From positions 89,680-153,679 of the forward strand of contig WELA01002777.1 of the NCBI GenBank assembly GCA_009602735.1: a stretch of DNA of 64,000 nucleotides. Direction: 5' to 3'. The notes beneath the pieces are model-generated. The model did no database searches. It was given only the letters and a program-made list of their open reading frames with translations, and was not told the DNA's origin. The translations under genes were made by a program, and so were the position numbers. The DNA is from Mesotaenium endlicherianum (taxonomy: Eukaryota). Below, one piece after another: positions 62,296 to 64,000 of the stretch. How positions within the stretch are numbered: position 1 is the stretch's first letter; each line of letters starts with the position of its first letter.

Positions 62296-63390
62296 CACTA
62301 GCTTTACTGCCTATAAGACCAAAACGGACACCACAACAGCCTATTTTTGAATGCTCATACTAAAATCAAAGCTTATGTGGCACATAAGAGCCATATATAT
62401 ACTTAATCTACTTTGAGTAAGCAATCTGGCAATGTACTTCTTCCGATTTTTCTGCGATTTTTTAGTGTACTTTTTTGTACTACAAGGGAAGCACACGCGT
62501 GAGGTCCGACAATTACATTTCTTCTCAGCACAATATCCGAAAAAGTACAACTTATCTTTAGGTCTTGATTTTTTCCAGCATACATCCTGATGTAAGGAAG
62601 ACACCGCACTTCACAGATATGTAATTCATTTAGTATCTTGGCTGCTACACCAGCCCAAAGTTTGGAACCCAATTGACACCAAGTTTTTTGGTCATTGGTT
62701 TCATAAGGAAACTAAGAAGTGCATCATGCACATTCATGGTTTGGTGCATAACTTTTGCAATTCTTGATGAAAATCATTGAAATAAGTTCAAGCATACTTA
62801 AAATACCCTACACAAGCATTCTAAACATAAAGCACCAAAAAGACGTAAAGCAGAAATTATGAGTCTTGTCATATATGGCTTCATGGTCGAAGCGTCGAAA
62901 AGTCCGGTCTATGGCAGATGGTGTGAGCAAAAAAAACATTAGTCATAGAGTTATGCACCTATCATCCATGCTACTGCTTAGGGGCACCAGTGGGCAACCT
63001 CTTCCTACCACAATCTAGATGCTCTATATTTCTGGTAGTGTGAAAAATCTCAAAGCAGGAAGTGGGATGTAAGGCAACGTTACAAGGTATACACATGAAT
63101 TGGCACCTCTTCTTCCTTACTGCAGCTCCTAAGTCAAAGTACTTTAGCACTACACACCACACAGCTTGCCCTTTCTCCTTTCTTCACCTTGCTAGGAAAG
63201 TGCCTCCCAGTCCATCTCTGCTCTCCAGCAGCTCCTGCTGCACTTGACCTGGTCTGCCTGTTGCAAGGATGTTAATTTCGACATCTGCCTCACTAGCTGC
63301 ATCATGAACAAGTATCTGTCAACACCAGGGTGGGCCAGCTCATACAATATGTATGGGTTAGCAATGGCACCATCAAACAAGTACTCCTCT
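62296..63390 (-). mobile_element. piggyBac-like relic 2: end of the DDD domain, cysteine-rich domain and candidate terminus
   Basis: YLFDGAIANPYILY...F...LV, WTGRHFP...CVVC, FMCIPCNVALH..SCFEIFHT. TTAA|CACTAG at 62292-62301. Confidence 0.7.
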
Positions 63391-64000
63391 CTGTTGTTGG
63401 CAGGCTCCTCAGCTTCTTCTTCCTCAGCAACAGCAGGCACCATTGGCACTCCTTCAGACTCCAGCTCTGTGTCTGAGCTATACTCCTCTTCATCTGACTC
63501 CCTATATTTCTTCTTGCTGTAGCTCCTCTTTGCCTCCTCTTAGCAGTCTCCTATGCCACTACCACCTTGTTCCTTCTCTCTTCCCTGTTAGCAGGCACAG
63601 ACATGTCTGGTCCTATCTGTTTTGATGATCTTTCTCTTTTCCGTGTTGACTCTACTAATTCCAAGCCTGTTTTTTACTCTTCCTCAATGTTTGTTGTGTC
63701 TGCTACTGGTGTGGGAGTGTCTTCTGGTGGTGTGGGAGTATCTTCTGGTTCAGGGGGTGTGTTTACAATGCTAAGAGTGACTTGAATCACATGAGATGCA
63801 GGAAGCTGTGAAAGTGGCTCCGAAGAGGCCTCAACTCTAACAACTCCCTCATATGGGCAAAACCAACGAAGTTTGGGGATTGAAGGCATGTATTGTAGTA
63901 TCTGCTTGCGTCCCCATGTTTTGTACTCTCCATCATAGCCAAAATAGATCTTAAACTTAATTTCTTTGGTCTTATGCACCTCTTTCTCTAAGATTCCGAC

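Overview
Eukaryotic, plant-lineage DNA, most likely a streptophyte alga (inferred from a BES1/BZR1 gene, GC3-rich exons, (GT)n-rich introns and piggyBac relics). It contains four N-gaps. Left third (1-21 kb): the 3' exons of a Strawberry-notch/FORGETTER1 homologue, a probable decayed KDZ-type transposase, an orphan terminal exon, three MITEs (one Mutator-like, two hAT-like), and a two-exon BES1/BZR1-family transcription factor with a G/Q-rich tail. Right two thirds (22-64 kb): a nest of Ty3/gypsy LTR retrotransposons from at least four families (called A-D here) plus two piggyBac-like relics. One family-A copy is full length (52450-61267, TATCT target-site duplication). The most notable observation is that family A is a chromovirus carrying an extra ~550-aa sense ORF between pol and the 3' LTR. 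I cannot assign this ORF to any family and it has no obvious transmembrane segment. It occurs as two strongly diverged variants on near-identical gag-pol backbones. Both variants keep an internal PPT-like sequence and a ~105-nt intron with a (T/C)ACTAAC branch point ending in CAG|GATG at the start codon. Other observations: a shared -1 frameshift signal in families A and B, tRNA-like Pol III modules inside the family-B LTR, a variant initiator-Met primer-binding site in three families, and an LTR insertion into a piggyBac terminal repeat. All family calls come from motif recognition by eye; no database searches were run.
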